DNA of 64,000 nt from Octopus sinensis (Eukaryota): assembly GCF_006345805.1 (NCBI RefSeq), contig NC_043003.1, positions 43,958,001 to 44,022,000 of the forward strand. The letters run 5' to 3'. A program made the position numbers and the translations under genes. Shown piece after piece: positions 13,500 to 29,772 of the stretch. Numbering within the stretch: position 1 is the stretch's first letter; each line of letters starts with the position of its first letter. Under the pieces are notes generated by a model. The model was not told the origin of the DNA, searched no databases, and was given only the letters and a program-made list of their open reading frames with translations.

Positions 13500-13612
13500 C
13501 AAAGCAACGTGAAATGAAGTGTTTTGCAAAAAAACAACAACAAAAAACAACACACCGCCCGACCCGAGAGTGGAACCCACGTAGTAGAGAACGTGAATGC
13601 ACTAGGCCATGA
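13500..13612 (-). mobile_element. tRNA-type SINE head fragment
   Basis: Reverse complement begins CATGGCCTAGTG (A-box-like) and has GGGTTCCACTCTCGGG (B-box-like). Confidence 0.5.
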
Positions 13613-13752
13613 TCGTATATTCATACACTGACAAATGTATAATATGTATACCTATACATACTCATGTGTGTGTGTATATATATACATATATATGCATGGA
13701 TGAATACTAGTATGTATATACATATACATATACATATATATATACATATACA

Positions 13753-13823
<71 letters not shown>

Positions 13824-14440
13824 GGATGTATATGCATATATGTTCAGATTATTCGTGAAGTCAAATCGAAAAATACTAATGGATTCTCTTAACGATACCT
13901 GACAGGCGGTTAAATGATGACCTCCCTATATTTTTACTTCATTTTCTCCTTTCTATTTCTCTCGCTCTTTATTTGTCTCTTTTCCTCTCTCACTCTGACT
14001 CACTCACTGTCTCTTTCTCTGTTTCTTAATTCTCAGTTTGTATATCAAACAGTCATTCTGTTCATTGCTGTGCTGGAAGATTGATTCTTGACACTCCCTG
14101 GTGTAACGAACGCCATATATGTTAAATAAAATGACTGTATATTGTCCTAAATAAAATATATATACATGATAACCTGTTCCTATTTATGTTATTTACTTTA
14201 TGGAATACTATTTCTTCATCTTTTATTGGTTTTATTCATTGGATCTTGGCCTTACTGTAACACATTCAATGTTCTAATCGAACAAATCGACGCCAATTCT
14301 CTGATTTGTTTTTCTGAAACCTGCTGCCTATTCTATCGATATCATTTGCCGAAAAGCTAATTTTTCGGGACGTGAATAATCCAACCACCATCTGTCAAAT
14401 AGTCTCTGGGGACAAGCTTACACACACAAACACACACACA

Positions 14441-14523
<83 letters not shown>

Positions 14524-14579
14524 TACACACATATACGACAAACAAGCATATTAATTATTACGTCTACGAAATCAATTCA

Positions 14580-14702
14580 CACAAGGCTTTTGCTGGCCCG
14601 GCGTTATTGTAGAAGACACTTACATCATGTATCACGTAGTGGGGGACTAAACACGGAACCATATGGTTGAGGACCAAACTTGATACCCACCATCACGCCT
14701 GC
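14580..14702 (-). mobile_element. SINE family A head fragment
   Basis: Reverse complement aligns with the 5' part of 24864-25305 (AACC.....GGTTCCG.GTT.AGTCCC, GTGTCTTCTA, ACAAGCCTTGTG-like). Confidence 0.6.
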
Positions 14703-15456
14703 TCAATGCGACGAATTTGTAGGTGAGTTGGTTTCCATTAAATTACGCTCAGTAACAGTATTATCATACCCTGAAAGCTACAAGTCAGTTTAAAACACTG
14801 AGTCAAAATAGAGTATAAAAGTCATTTACTGGAATTATTCCTTTCCACGAGTAAAGAAATTTGGTCTTATTATTGATTCGGTAACTTAACAATATCTGAG
14901 TTCACTCTGAATTTTCATATTAATTATTATCAGCTTTGCAGACAGGAAAAATAAACAGGAATTATAGGGACTTGCCCGAGGAACAAAGAGCCTCAAATTC
15001 TGAGAATGCCTTATAGGTGTGAATCTAATATTTTTATACAGCTAATATCTTCAAAAATATTTGAACCGAACATCTATATATATAGATGTTTGACATATTG
15101 TAGAAATTACCAATATAATGATGTTAGAATTTTCTCTCAAAATATATCTTAAACTTGACTATTTTTGGCAATGGTAGTTTACGTCAATATGTTTGTGAAT
15201 CTGCAGTATCTTCCCTGAACAATAATATCTTTGATTAAATTGGGAATGTTCATGTATATTTTGTAAGGTGTACATTTCTCTTATACCAATACACTTTTCA
15301 TGTACACAGACATGTAGGAAGTATATAGACACGTTTAAAGTTTTCAAAATTTCTGATCTAAGCGTCTTAATATATTTTCAGCGGTGTAGAATTTAAAATG
15401 TAATTATTCTTTTTCATTCCGGGTGCCATTATATTAAACATTTGCGAAGAGTAACC

Positions 15457-15838
15457 ATGCAAAGCACAAAAAAACTCAGCACAACTGTCAGGTGTTCAAA
15501 GAAGTCGTATTGCTGGGCAATCTGAGGCTGGTCTTAGCCAGCGAAAAATTGCCGAAAAATCTTCAAATTCCTCTTGCTACTGTTAACAGAATTATAGTGC
15601 AAGTCAAAAGTCAAGGAGAAGAGTCAACAGACTCTCGACCCGCCGACCTCGGCCCTTTGAAAGGAAACTTCGCTGTTTGAAGAGAATTGTGGAAAACGAA
15701 CCCCGTTCGAAGGCTTCTGACAGTGCAAAACAGCTAGAGGTTAGTCCACGAACGTGTGTCACATATCTGCATAAGCTTGGGTATTATGAACGAGCAGCTA
15801 GAATAAAGCCTCTCCTTCAACCAATTAATATCAAATAA
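15457..15838 (+). pseudogene. Tc1-family transposase N-terminal (paired-like HTH) remnant
   Basis: Frameshifted reading VQRSRIAGQSEAGLSQRKIAEK/LQIPLATVNRII/ERKLRCLKRIVENEPRSKASD..LEVSPRT..YLHKLGYYERAARIKPLL..NIK*. No DDE domain follows. Confidence 0.75.
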
Positions 15839-18800
15839 AAGATTTTGAAACTTTAAGGTGTCTATTTACTTCTGTCTGTGTATTTGTAAAGCCATGGATG
15901 ATAAATATACGGCAACACAACACAATTTAACAATTTGAGAGAATCTTTAGAAGATAGATCAGAATGTCCTACAGTGGCACTTCCAACAATCTGAGCTTTG
16001 AGTTTAAACGTGCATCGGAAACTGCATATCCCGACTACGAGCAAACCCATGCAAATTCGTTATCCGTTGAAAAAACAACTAGAGAGATGTCAAAAACAAA
16101 ACAAAAAAAATGAGAAGATATTACAGCTACTAACGATAACACATAGCAAAATATCAGACGTTACACTTCGGGATTCATAAAATATGCACCAATCATAGGC
16201 GGAGCTATGTCTTTCAGATATTTGACCGAGCATTTTGTGTTCCAGCATAACCATTTGTGATGAGACTCGTGTGTAGATTTCAATAGTTTTTCCTGTGTTG
16301 TGACCGATAAGTTGTAAAAAACGTGATTCAAAGGTGTTCGACTGATACCTTCTTATTTCAATGATGCAGAATTTATTTCTATTGATTCAAGGTTTATGTA
16401 TAAGTAAGTAGATCACCTTTATGTAAGATTTTAAAGATTGAGTAGTAATGACTGGAGTCTTACGTGCGCAATCGAAGATCGTCACAGAAAAAGTAATTGA
16501 TGATTATTGGGTGGTGGGTACATATTCTAGCTTAAAGAGTGGTTTATATAATAGATATCCATTTTGATATATATTTATTGAACAAATGGACATTAGTTCT
16601 TAAATTGTTTAGTAGTTCTACCATATACTTGTTTTTATGCAGTTTAGCGTGATAATGTTTGTCCTTCAAGGTATAGTAACTGCATTACTATGTTTGAAAG
16701 GAATGTTGTTAGATGTGGGATTAGCGACGTGGCAGCAAGTGAGGTTTCTCTTTGGAAGTTAAACTGTTAACAGGTTTTGTATGGTCGAAGTATTTTTTCA
16801 AAGTAATTGTGAAAAGGAAAATTGGTGATATGATGTTGAATTTGAAACCGACGACATCCTTTTCTTTGATGGATTCTTGGCGAATACGTTTGTGGTTGTT
16901 TTTGCAAATCGCAATGCCGAAATGTATTTTTGAAGATCTGACAAACGGGCTGTTTATATTTTAGCTCTGAAATATTGGTTTCAAATTTTAGCACAAGGAC
17001 AGGAATTTCGATGTATTGGGTAAATCGAATTAAATGTATCGATCCCAATGCTCAAGGGGTACTTAATTTAGCGACCTCGAAATAATGAATGGAAACGACG
17101 AACCCGGCGCCATTTGAAACCAGAACGGAAAGACAGAGGAAATGGTGCTAAGCATTGTAGTCGGCGTCTTTTGGTTCTAAAATATTCACGATATGAAATA
17201 ACTTCAACAGAGGCACAATACCTGAGTTCATCTGCAACAGTGCTTTACTGGTGCATTATTTCATATGCCCTAGAATCATTTAAGTAAAATGAGTACATGC
17301 TAGATCGTAAAGAATTGTGAAACAGTGCCAATAGTTTTATCCAAATAACTAAATATTCTAATCATACACGGAATGTTAAAAATGGTGAAAGGTCAATTGT
17401 CAAATGTACTTGTAATTTCTACCAATCATGACGTTTTATGATTAATGATTTATCTATATGTGCGTGTGTGTGTATGTGTGTGTGTGTTTGTATGGTTTGT
17501 GTGTAACTATTATTCAAATAACATATCTGTCACTTGACGGAATAATTTTTTGTTGATATTAACTTTACGTGACTACACATTATATATACATACATACGTA
17601 TATATATATATATATATATATATCAAAGATCATAATTATCAATGATCTGACATATATCTTTCAATATATCGGAAATGGAGTGTTAGACATTTGAGGATAT
17701 CTGAACGAAAGAATTAAAAACACACTGTATATACCGTCACTTGACATATACTATTCTCTTTCACTATAAATCAAAAAGGAGACATTTAAAAACGATACTA
17801 TGTGATGCATTACTAAATAGGTAATACGTACATTGAGCTAATGCATAAAGATAAAACAGTTCCCCGTGAAAATGATGTTAGCTGAAATTTTAAAGAAAGC
17901 ATAAGGCCTGGATATTATTTCTAAAGTCCTGCGAAAAATGGCATCATATATATACATGGTAAGACTGGGATTTCATTACATATATAAACTTTGCAGTCAC
18001 ACCAAATACATGCATATACAGTTGCATACATACATGCAAAATAGATTAAAATGTACACGTATAACAAAGAGAGGTAAAGCGTAAATTAGCAGGGCAACAA
18101 ACACGATATGTTAGGAAGTTACATTTCGAAAGCATAAACTATATCGGATTCGAAAATAGATGATTTAAAAGATAAGATATATGGCGAAAGCATAAGAAAA
18201 GCACACAAATCAAATCAAAGAAAAAACTGTTTAAGAAGTAAATCACGAAGATGGAGATAACATGTGCAAATCAATCAAAGCAAATGAATAAACACCTATA
18301 AAATCATATCTTTAAAAAAATGAAGCATTCTCAATAGGAAAAGCATAAACATGGCAATATAAAAACAGCAGCGACTGAATAACTAAAAACAATTCAGCTT
18401 CCTGAGTACTAAATAAACTACCTCTCTTATAAGATACAATAAAAACAGCAGCGATAAAAGACGTACATCTGGCAAGCAGAAACTTAATGAAATCAGACCA
18501 CCAGGTTAAAAGAAATAATGTAGGCAAAAAGAGCCACTTTATTTAGAAAGTAGAGTGGATAGCTCTTCAGATGTACTAATACAAGCATATATAGAGGGAA
18601 AAAAGTAGAAAATATATGTTGCTGTTTAGTAATTCAAACGTACAAAAGTAATACTGAAGAATCTTTCTGAAATAACAATATATATAGGAAAATAAAAGAA
18701 AAAACGAGACCTATAAAACGCCATAGGTAAAGTTCCTTTACAAATAGCAAATAATCGTATTGAAAGCCACACAGACTTTGAAGAAAACAAGTAGTTCACA

Positions 18801-20046
18801 ACAATTTAATCATGAACTATGTAAACGAAAATAGAATCAATGTGGCATCAGAAAGAGAGTTAGAAACAGTCTGCATAATATATGTGGATAGTGAAGAAAG
18901 CCATCACGGATAGGATTGTGCCAATATATATCATTGTACTTTATCGTGGGCGACAATAACATCACAAAACAACTCAAGTTGCTATAAAAAGGAAACAACA
19001 TAAAGCATTAAGCTAGAATGGATTCCAAAACCCGCATGTATAATATTTAACAGTGAACCGTGTTCCTATCTATAAGAATGTAACTGAAGGAAAAAATTAA
19101 TCCAAAAATACAGACCCATACCAAGTCTACTTTCAGTTTCAACTACAACACTATCAAATGTATGACTGGAAGAAAAATGTGATTGTAGAAGATTATAACA
19201 TATATTACAAAGGTTCAGATAAGCAGAAATTGAAGAATTACTTATAAATAAAGTCATAACCAAATTCTGTAGAAGAAGAAGGGTATATCTGAACATGGTT
19301 TGCATTTACGACTAAAACCGTGTTTAATGTTCAAGGTAATATTAACACTCAGTAAAATAGTAGAAATAATATGTCGATTTTAATCTATTATGATTGCATG
19401 GTAACCATTTTTGCAATTCGAGAATGCTGGAGTAAAATATTATTTACAAAGATCATTTCAGTGTGTTTTCCGAACTCTTACATATGTTAGAGAAAAACGC
19501 TTGAAGCAACGTATTACATAAGACCTAATTCCGTCAGAAGGCAATGGAAGAGGAATAAAAAGTATTCTTACGTTGATTACTTCAGACGTAACAAGTATGC
19601 TGTAACCAACTAGGAACACGGCTGCAGATGCAACACACATACTTTAGAGAAATGTTCATGTGATTAAAAGTAGAAAATGGCCTAAGTCCCATTGCACACG
19701 TCCAAATTAATTATAAATGCTAATACAATTTGAGATAAATTAGAAGTTATAAGAGCATAAAAACATGATAGAGTATGAAGTAAAAGCAAATACATATAAT
19801 ATTGGTATATCAAACAAATAAAACGTACAGAATAAAGAAATAGGCAGCAATAAATGAGCATTTACAGTAATAAGTAATAGTTGAAATATTCTAAAGTGAC
19901 CGCTATATTAGTGTGGAAATAAGAAAGAGAATGTGTACTTTAAATATGCAAAGACCGTTTTCTAAATAGAGTAGCCTAAATATATATCATGCGTTCACCT
20001 CAAATCCTTAATTACTGCATCGTGACAACGTGTACATCTGTATATG

Positions 20047-20089
<43 letters not shown>

Positions 20090-20092
<3 letters not shown>

Positions 20093-20290
20093 AAGAATTC
20101 ACAAAACGAAACAAAACAAAAGACGAAGACATGTGGTGTAGACAGTAAACAGAAGCATTGTTTTAACGCTCGGGAAGTGAAAGAGTTTTTATTGTCTCGA
20201 GCCTACAGTCTTCCACAGAAAGGAACACAGAAACAAACAAGGATATGTAGTCGCTAGCTATCTGTCGAGGCGAATGATAGATTTACTATA
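20090..20290 (-). mobile_element. Penelope-like terminal repeat (F2), degenerate
   Basis: Reverse complement of the 45190-45335 sequence; decayed motif CTGTGGAAGACTGTAGGCTCGAGAC. Confidence 0.65.
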
Positions 20291-20400
20291 TATATTATAT
20301 AACAAAGTGGAGTTGCAGGGTACCGCACGAGTGGAATTATATACGAAAGAATGTTTGAAAATGCAACTTTAAGATATGTTTATTTACTTAAGTAAATATA

Positions 20401-20493
<93 letters not shown>

Positions 20494-21269
20494 GTATGTA
20501 TATACATATATATATGTATGTATGTATATATATATGTATATATATGTAGATATGTGTATATGCGTGTTTGTGTGTATGTGTGTGTATTGTGTGTTTGTGC
20601 GCATGCGCTTGTGTGTGATTGGATGCTATCGACGCACAGCAATTAAACTATCCAGTATTTGGCTGTAGTGTTGAGCGCGTTAAATTTTGTCCGTAGCTGG
20701 TACACTCAGGTCGTCCAGACTCGGGAGAGGGCTACGGCGTAATATAAATAACACAGCAGTAATAAGAGAGAAGAACATGAGCATTGACTTCCTAGTCCTT
20801 TATTTCAACTGTTACATATGTTTTTGCATTTAGTGAAGTAAATATAAATACAACACATTGATGTACATTACAGGACCCGCATTGTGCCGAAACATATCCT
20901 CCGAGAGTAAGAGAGAAATTACTATGGAACTAACAGCAAACAAACTTTAAAATAGATTGGATGCACAGACGAGACGGGTGGGGGAGAGATAGGAGGGGGT
21001 ATTTTATGAAACCAAACCACATAACTAAACGTAGGCTGTTGAAAGTAATTTGACAGGCTTTATGATAGATTATGACAAAATTCCCTAACATTCGAGCATG
21101 TGTGAATCAATGACTTGATTATAATAGAAATGCCATAATAGCATTTGTCTTACTAATATACATCAAGAGCAATGGATTTTTATCTGAATAATCTTCTAAG
21201 ATAATAAATACGTTGACTAGACATCTGTAATATTCTACTTAACGTATATATATATATATATATATATAC

Positions 21270-21548
<279 letters not shown>

Positions 21549-22738
21549 AACAGTTTTACTGAAATTTTTTTCATACCCTTTTCTCTAGGAATTTCCGTTT
21601 TACAATTGTTGTTTCAGAAACAGAAACTACATGATAACCTGCTTAATAGGACATTTTCTTTCTTTTACCATCATACCTCATAAGCATATCGGCTCTGCTG
21701 ACAGATGCACATCATGTGGGGGAAATTAAATGTTCACATGACAATGATATTTGAAACATCAAAGTGTAGACATTTAAAAAGAACCGTCAATATCTTTCAT
21801 TCGAATGTCTTCCTAGTTAATGGGAGTATCTAAGATGTGTATGTTAGTAATAATATTACAACTGGCCATTAAAATCAAATTCGGAACAGCTCATACAATT
21901 ACGCAACCGGTATACATTGGAAGACAAGGTCTCTGGTTTTCTGTTGCATATTAAGTGAACGAGTTAATTCAACAAATGTGAGATGAAATAAATAGGAAGA
22001 ATTTATTTGGAGTAAGAATTTATATCTGTATATGAACGTATCCACACAATCATATGCACGCGCGTGCACACAGGCACGTCCACAGACAGACACACACACA
22101 CACACAGACATACACAGAGGAATATGTAGAAGAGGATTGTAAAACAATACAGAATGGTGAAAAACTTTGTTTTTTAACTTACTTAGATCGTACGAATGTG
22201 ACGCTTTGTTAGTGTGCCTGTTTCTCAATACACATGCACTTCACATACGTATGTGAGAGAAAGGGAGAGAACGAGAGAGAGAGAGAGATAGAGTATGATG
22301 TGTGTATGCATATTGACTATAATCTTGTAATTATTGGAATTTTTGGTATGTTTTCAGATTTATGGTGGTAAAGAAGACATCTGTATCCAGATATTCAAAC
22401 ATTCTTATCACGAAAGACGGTGGTGCGCTGCATGCTTCATTTTAATTTCACTAATTAATTGTTCTAACATACAAAATTAAATATTGATTGACAAAGGAGA
22501 TTTTCTAGGAGATATTTGCCGCGAACAGTGATTTGAGGTCAGACGCACACATATTTAGAGGCAGAATAACTCAATATTTTTTATTGTGTATTCTAGTACG
22601 CTAGTATACATACTTGCTCACAATCAACTACACATACAAAACAAAATACACACACACATACATAGACCCGTATTTATGATTGTAAATATGTATGAATATA
22701 TCTATGTATTCGTATGTTGCTTATATACGTACATTTTA

Positions 22739-22790
<52 letters not shown>

Positions 22791-22829
22791 TATATGCATA
22801 TACATGCATATATATATACATATACATGC

Positions 22830-22897
<68 letters not shown>

Positions 22898-23585
22898 ATG
22901 TATATACATATATATGTATATGCCACATATCCTTCCAAAGCTATACACTAATATCTATGCCTTATCTAATTAGATTATCAGTGAAGAATACCAAGCAAAG
23001 TAAGAGGCCTACCCCAGCCAATGAATCTACAATACAAACACTTTCCAACTTAGAAGAATGAATGAGATCTGAGAGTAAGGAGGCTAAGTTTTCAGAAATT
23101 CACAATCAATGATAACAAATGTTTATTGCCATTATAAGCTGTCAAATGGATATCCCTATTATTTCAAGACATGAGCAACAACATTCAGCCCGGTGTTATC
23201 TGAGAATCTATCAGTTTATCACTACGAATAACAGCATAACATTATCAGTGATACCTTGCAGCTATAAATGTGCACTTGTAATCAAGGAAAGCACAATGAA
23301 ACAAAAGCTACTAGATAGTTTATTTCTCAGACGTATACATGATATGATACCAAAAACAAACCAAATGAAATCCGGTGGATTCGTATATCACTTAAACAAT
23401 ATCCTCGACCGATATATATTTCTTGAAGGAAACGTTCAAGCCCAGATCAATATCTATGAGACAAGTTCGATAGTATAATGTATATTGATAAATTGCATAT
23501 TTACAATGAAACAATAAAAGAAAAAAGAGAATTAGATTTAAATTAAAGTGAAAAAAAATATTTACATAAATATATATATATAAAG

Positions 23586-23755
23586 TCGCATTGCTCAGTG
23601 GTTAGTGTGCCGGGCTCACTGTCATGAGGCAGTGAGTTCTATTCCTAGACCGGATGGTGTGATGTGATCTCAAAGATTAAACAATGCAAAAAGCATTGTG
23701 ACCAGCGATGTGCAACAACTTCTGATAGCTTGGTCGGTTACGTTATCACGTAATG
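23586..23755 (+). mobile_element. tRNA-type SINE (family C), internally deleted
   Basis: TTGCTCAGTGGTTAG A-box-like and GAGTTCTATTCC B-box-like; head resembles 46832-46890; ends at a (TA)n run. Confidence 0.55.
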
Positions 23756-23758
23756 TAC

Positions 23759-23863
<105 letters not shown>

Positions 23864-24699
23864 TATATACATATATATATATATATGTATATATAAAACC
23901 AAAACTCGTCTTCCTTGTAGAATACCTTTTTAGGCCATTTGATCTTTTTGATCTAGATATTTTTGGAGATGATTAGAATCTTTCTTGACAGTTTTGTTCG
24001 TATTCAATGTCTTGCAATATTTTCCTTCCGGAATATACCTACATATCTAAAGAATTTCTGACACTTTCATGTTCATATTATGATACCTTCCCAATTAATT
24101 CTTTCTTACACAACACTCACAACCTTTATGCAAACTTCTTTATAACTTAGTCGCTGAATCGGCAATATCATTCTTAAAATGATATCTTGAATATGGTATT
24201 TCTTGAGCGAGGATAGACACAGAAGATACTAGCTGTTATTAGATTAGACTTCCAAGTTCAATATCGGTCAATTGTAATCCTGTAAATTCATTCCTCGTTG
24301 TCTAATTTTCACGCTTCTCATCGTTGCGTTTTACTGAAGTTACAATTAATACATATATGTTAAAGGAAATCGTATTTGTACCTTTGGGAGAGAAAATGAT
24401 ATCTAAAAGAATAAACGGTAAATGATAAGTGACAAGAAGCCTCTCATAGATCACTGTAAATCTTTTCACTTTTGAGGCACTACAGAATTTATGCTCATTG
24501 AATAAATCTTCTAGTTGATATCAGTACTAACGATTAAAATTTCCTAAAGAAACTGCCATCCATACAAACCTCTCCATACTTCTCTTTATACATGCATGCA
24601 TAGACACTCGCGCACACAAACACACATCCACGCAACACATTCACACTCAAACAAACAGATACACAATTATGCGTGTGTGCGTGTGTGTGTGTGCGTGTG

Positions 24700-24745
<46 letters not shown>

Positions 24746-24863
24746 TGATACGACTTCTATCAGAAATATATATCCTTTGCTTTGCACTGAATTCCATTCA
24801 TAAGCAATGCAGTAACTGATATTTAACAAATATCGTCAATCATTAAACAGGCAAATATCATAT

Positions 24864-25305
24864 AGGCTTAGGAGTGGCTGTGCGTTATGTAGCTTGCTTA
24901 TGAACCACATGGTTCCGGGTTCAGTCCCACTGCGTGGCACCTTGGGCAAGTGTCTTCTATTATAGCCTCAGGCTGACCAAATCCTTGTGAGTGGATTTGG
25001 TAGACGGAAACTGAAAGAAGCCCGTATATATAATGAAAGAAATATATATATATGTGTGTGTGTGTGTGTATATGTGTGTATGTTTGTGTGTGTATATGTT
25101 TGTGTGTCTGTGTTTGCCCCCCCCCCCAACATCGCTTGACAACCGATGCTGGTGTGTCTACCTCCTCGTAACTTTGTGGTTCTGCAAAAGACACCGATAG
25201 AATTAGTACTAGGCTTACAAAGAACAAGTCCTGGGCTCAATTTGCTCAACTAAAGGCGCTGCTCCAGCATGCCCACAGTCACATGATTCAAACAAGTAAA
25301 AGAGT
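24864..25305 (+). mobile_element. Near full-length SINE family A
   Basis: GGAGTGGCTGTG head, GGTTCAGTCCC B-box-like, internal (TA)/(TG) run and GAAACAAGTAAAAGAG-type tail; homologues at 41967, 46151 and 60225. Confidence 0.85.
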
Positions 25306-26647
25306 AGGGTTTCTGCCACTTGTTTATTTGTCAATTAGCGATGCAATTCTTATACATCACATTTCTTTGGTTTCTGTATTTTTTTTAATAGCTTAATAAT
25401 TATAGGGCCTATCCTTGATCAACAGCGATGAAATATGGATTATCTCTTGTTACACAATAAATATTGTCGATCACTCTCTGGATAATAGAATGCTCTCTGA
25501 CAACAGTTTAATAATACATTATATACTAATGACAATATGTCAACTGATATGTCAAGCAATGACTGTTTGCATTAAAGTGTCTGGTTATATGGAAGAACTA
25601 AGTCGCTAGGAAATGCATTCATGCTGGTTTAATAAAAACTAGAACACCATAGAAAATCCAAAGTCATTCTCAACCAAAGTCAGGATGTTAAATAAAATTT
25701 CATTCTGAACTTCCTAACAAAAAGGATTATATGAAAAATAATGTCGTCCTCTTTTGACGTCGGAGATGTGGTCCAGAACTACGTGAAATCTTGTAGTATT
25801 AATCTAAGTTAAATGCAACTTCACAGAAACATACCTTTGATTCGTGGAATATATTCGAACGAATAAACTGAGAGATACCTGAATATTCGTTTAGGAATAT
25901 CGAGGAGACGTAAACAAAAATATAACATATACCTTAGAAGCGTAGAATATATATTATGAAAGTTTTGTTATTGATAGTAAACAGCGGTGCAAATTTCTAA
26001 CCTTCTTCGAACACAAGACATACATAAATATGGTTTTTCTTCTCTGTAAGATGAATTTAAGTAGCCAAAACATTCGACAGAAATTGTTTAGCTTTCTGTG
26101 TCTTATGAAGAGAGTGATTTAATAACGTTTTCTAGTTCAAATTTTGTTCTATATTATTTGCATAAACAAAAAAAAAAAAATGACATTATGACTAGAGATG
26201 ATATTTGTTGAAGTTTGAAAATTGAAGTAATCAAAATTTATTGCAAATATAAATGATTAAAAACGTCTTATCTATAATGTAATAGTTACTAACGCCAAAA
26301 TTGTAATATTATTAAAATCAGGTTCTGTCAATCAGTGGAATGATACCAGACTTTTTAAAAATTAGTTATGGTGGGTAGACAGAAAATATTATTCTTACGC
26401 TTATGCTCATGTAAACCAATATATAAGAGAGAAAAATTTGTGAATCTTCAGCTTATTTGCTTTTATATCCTAATATTTATAACTCTTAATTCCATTTGCA
26501 TTTTCTATCGCTTTCTCCGCGTTTGAAGCCACATATCTTGTATGACTAGTAATTGAAATATACATATATGTATGTCTCTCTTCTCTTCCACTTTCTCTGT
26601 GCATTTATCTATTTATCTATCTTTTTGCCTCTGTGTATCAAACTCGC

Positions 26648-26700
<53 letters not shown>

Positions 26701-27002
26701 TATATATATATAGGTGTGTTGATGCAAACAGGAAAAATACTACTTAAAATGTGCGTATATGTATATTTTTATTAATATTTAGCAGAACAGAGTGACTCAA
26801 GATCCGAATGTTTCGTGCTTTGGTACGTACCAAATTGATTACATGTCGTACCTATGTAAACTCACGGATCTTCGACCTTTAACTAGCTTGGTATGTGCCA
26901 ACACACGAAAGTCTCGGACCTTGAGTCACTCTGTTACTTCTGCTAAATATGAATATATATATATATTATATATATATATATATATAATATATATATATAT
27001 AT

Positions 27003-27040
<38 letters not shown>

Positions 27041-29487
27041 AAAGAGATCGATTGATAGATAGATAGACAGGCAGACAGATACACACTCACACTTCCTGCA
27101 TTCCTCAAATTATTTTTTGTATAATTGCATCCATCTTCTATTTATGAAACATGCTCTGTATATCACCATGCATTTTCTTTCCACATTTAATGTTCGTATG
27201 ATTTTTTTTCTGTCTCCATTACCCTACGTATTACTTGTTCTCTATCCTAGTTTCTCTCTTGTTCCCTTTACTTTCCTTCTTTCTTTTTCCCCCTCTCCCA
27301 TACACATCGTATCTTATACTTATCTTTTTTTCTGTTTTTACCTTCCGATTATATGAACATTCCTACTTTTCTGTACTTTATTATTCATTCATCTAAACAA
27401 GATTTCCATGAAATATAAAGCAACAGCGAATAATATCTTAAACGAAAAAAGAATAAATATTTAATAAAGCAATTCAAAAATGTCCACAAGTAGATTTATA
27501 TGATATTTTACGATGCTCCTCTCAATAACTTATCATGGCGGAAATCTTTAACTGAACGGAAATTTTCCTCTGATTCTCATCAAATCCACAGACTACTTTT
27601 GTATAGTGAATTTTGTTAATGCTACTCACTTTCGATTTTGCATTCGTTTCTTTCTTTCGCATGAAATATTCCGCTTGAAATAAGTTCACTTGTGGAAAAG
27701 CCTGAACATTTGTTAAACATCTACTGAGCAATTCAACAATAGAAAGAAAAATTAAAGAAGCAAATTAACTACTATATTTCAGGAAAAAAAAATGTCTTAT
27801 AAAACAAGCTGTCATTTTCTTATTAAGGTTACTAATTTTGTGCTGTAGTCATCGTAGAATAAAAACTTGATAGCTTTCTACTTTATCGATTATTAAAATA
27901 TAGAGCATTTAAAACATCGATGAATTTCGTTTTATAAACTGCTGTAGCTTATTTAAGCGGAAGTACTTATCCGAGTATTTTACAGCGAATAGATGAAGGA
28001 ATGATCAGAAAAGCATTCCATACCTCTATCGCACATGGGTATGATGCACTTCTTGTATAGATTTTTCCTTTTGTTAATGGTATGAATTGCTTTACATAGA
28101 ATCAAAGCTAAAATGTGACGAAAATTAACATACACAAACGATTGGAGTAAATCCAAATGATATTATCTATTTTTTGTAAACAGGCGTCTTATAAACCAGA
28201 AGCGAGTTTAGCACTGCTTGCAAAGAAGAAAAGTAATTACTCAAGGACACTTTACTGTCACTCGTTCTCATCATTCCCCTTACCCGTTTCAGTTGACATT
28301 GTCTCTTAATAGAATCACAAGCGTACTGGATTGATGTAGAACTCCAAACAAAATGACTTATAATATTTAATTAAGTCGTTTTGGTGTCAGTAAAACAAGT
28401 AGCAATAAAATGTATTATAACCTGCTATAAACAAGTTAATATATGACGTCTATTGTGTATGTTAGAAATTAATGAGTAATGAGTGATGCAAATACGGTTT
28501 ATTCCTACAGATACTTAGCTTAATCCAAGATCATACCGCTGAAATTTTCTCTCAACTCAAAAAGATATAGCAAATAAGGCATGAATATATAATATTTTTT
28601 CAGATTATCGCGTCAACAGCTGCGTACAATTACAAATCATTATACATAAAATATTGTTTTTTTAACTGAAAAGGAAAATACCACTATGTGTCATATATTC
28701 TAGCACGTTGATGTTCTACCGTTCTTTTACGGTAGTTACATTCAGTTCGAACATAGTTTCTGTAAATCAATTACATTTCAATACATTTGTATGTGTACAA
28801 TATGATTCTTTTATCAGTTCTCTCTTTATGCACATTTCACTGAATTATATCAAATTTTAATTTGCTGTAATGTAGATCGATATTAAATATCTTCTTCTCT
28901 AGAGGAATTGCTTCTTTCATACTATTTGCAAACCTAAATACTTATTTAGAAGCATAATCGAAAGCGAATCTCTGTTACTTGTCTTTTGTGATTTTCAGGT
29001 GAAGAGTGGTGCCACGAATCACAAGTTGCTTTTCTTCGGTACATATTATGGGGTATGTACGGACAGACAAGAAACTATTTTGATGTATATATGAATATAC
29101 TTTTTCTGTATTAGTTAGGTTAATTTGAAGAGTACATTAACTTTTCCATGAATGGGAATAAAGTAAAATACTAAACTCACAACAGTATCAGAATGGTAAT
29201 TAAAGCCTAATATTTAAAATATATGAATAAGGATCGATAACATAAGTTAATGTAAAAGTACTAGCAGACATCCACAAAATCAATGCCAAGTTCAATATAT
29301 TAATAATGCTTGTATCTAATAGTATATCGGTATTTTCACTAGCTTACAATACCACATAATTGTTACATACTGAACAAATCTCAAGGAAGTAAACTCTAGA
29401 TATTCATAACTTCACTTATATATGAACTGTTATGTAGTAACATAAAAACAAGCGGGTCTAAACAAGTACGCGGATGCCTATATATAT

Positions 29488-29529
<42 letters not shown>

Positions 29530-29704
29530 AAAAATATGGTAAAGTAAAAAAATTCACTTTACCACACACCGAACTTTTCAGAAATAGCAGCCAAAAATTT
29601 GGCTATTTCCTCAACTGCAAATAAAAGTCTCCAGACAAAGCATACTCAGAAAATAACTCACATAGGTATAAGGGAAAAACAATGAAAGATCACATCCATA
29701 TAAG

Positions 29705-29772
29705 ATACCCGAGGACAGCCTGTTTCTGGATTCGTGGGTTAAACGCCACTTTTCCTTCATCAGCTCAGAGAT
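29705..29772 (-). ncRNA. Hammerhead ribozyme-like motif (F4), left-arm copy
   Basis: Exact reverse complement of 30038-30105. Confidence 0.55.

Noticed and set aside
17040-17260. CpG-richer patch with a GGCGCCATTT (YY1-like) motif
   Set aside because: Could be a DNA transposon end; no promoter or gene context.
28999-29038. Possible 40-nt micro-exon (TTTTCAG ... GTACAT)
   Set aside because: Weak donor, no homology, and such sites are common by chance.
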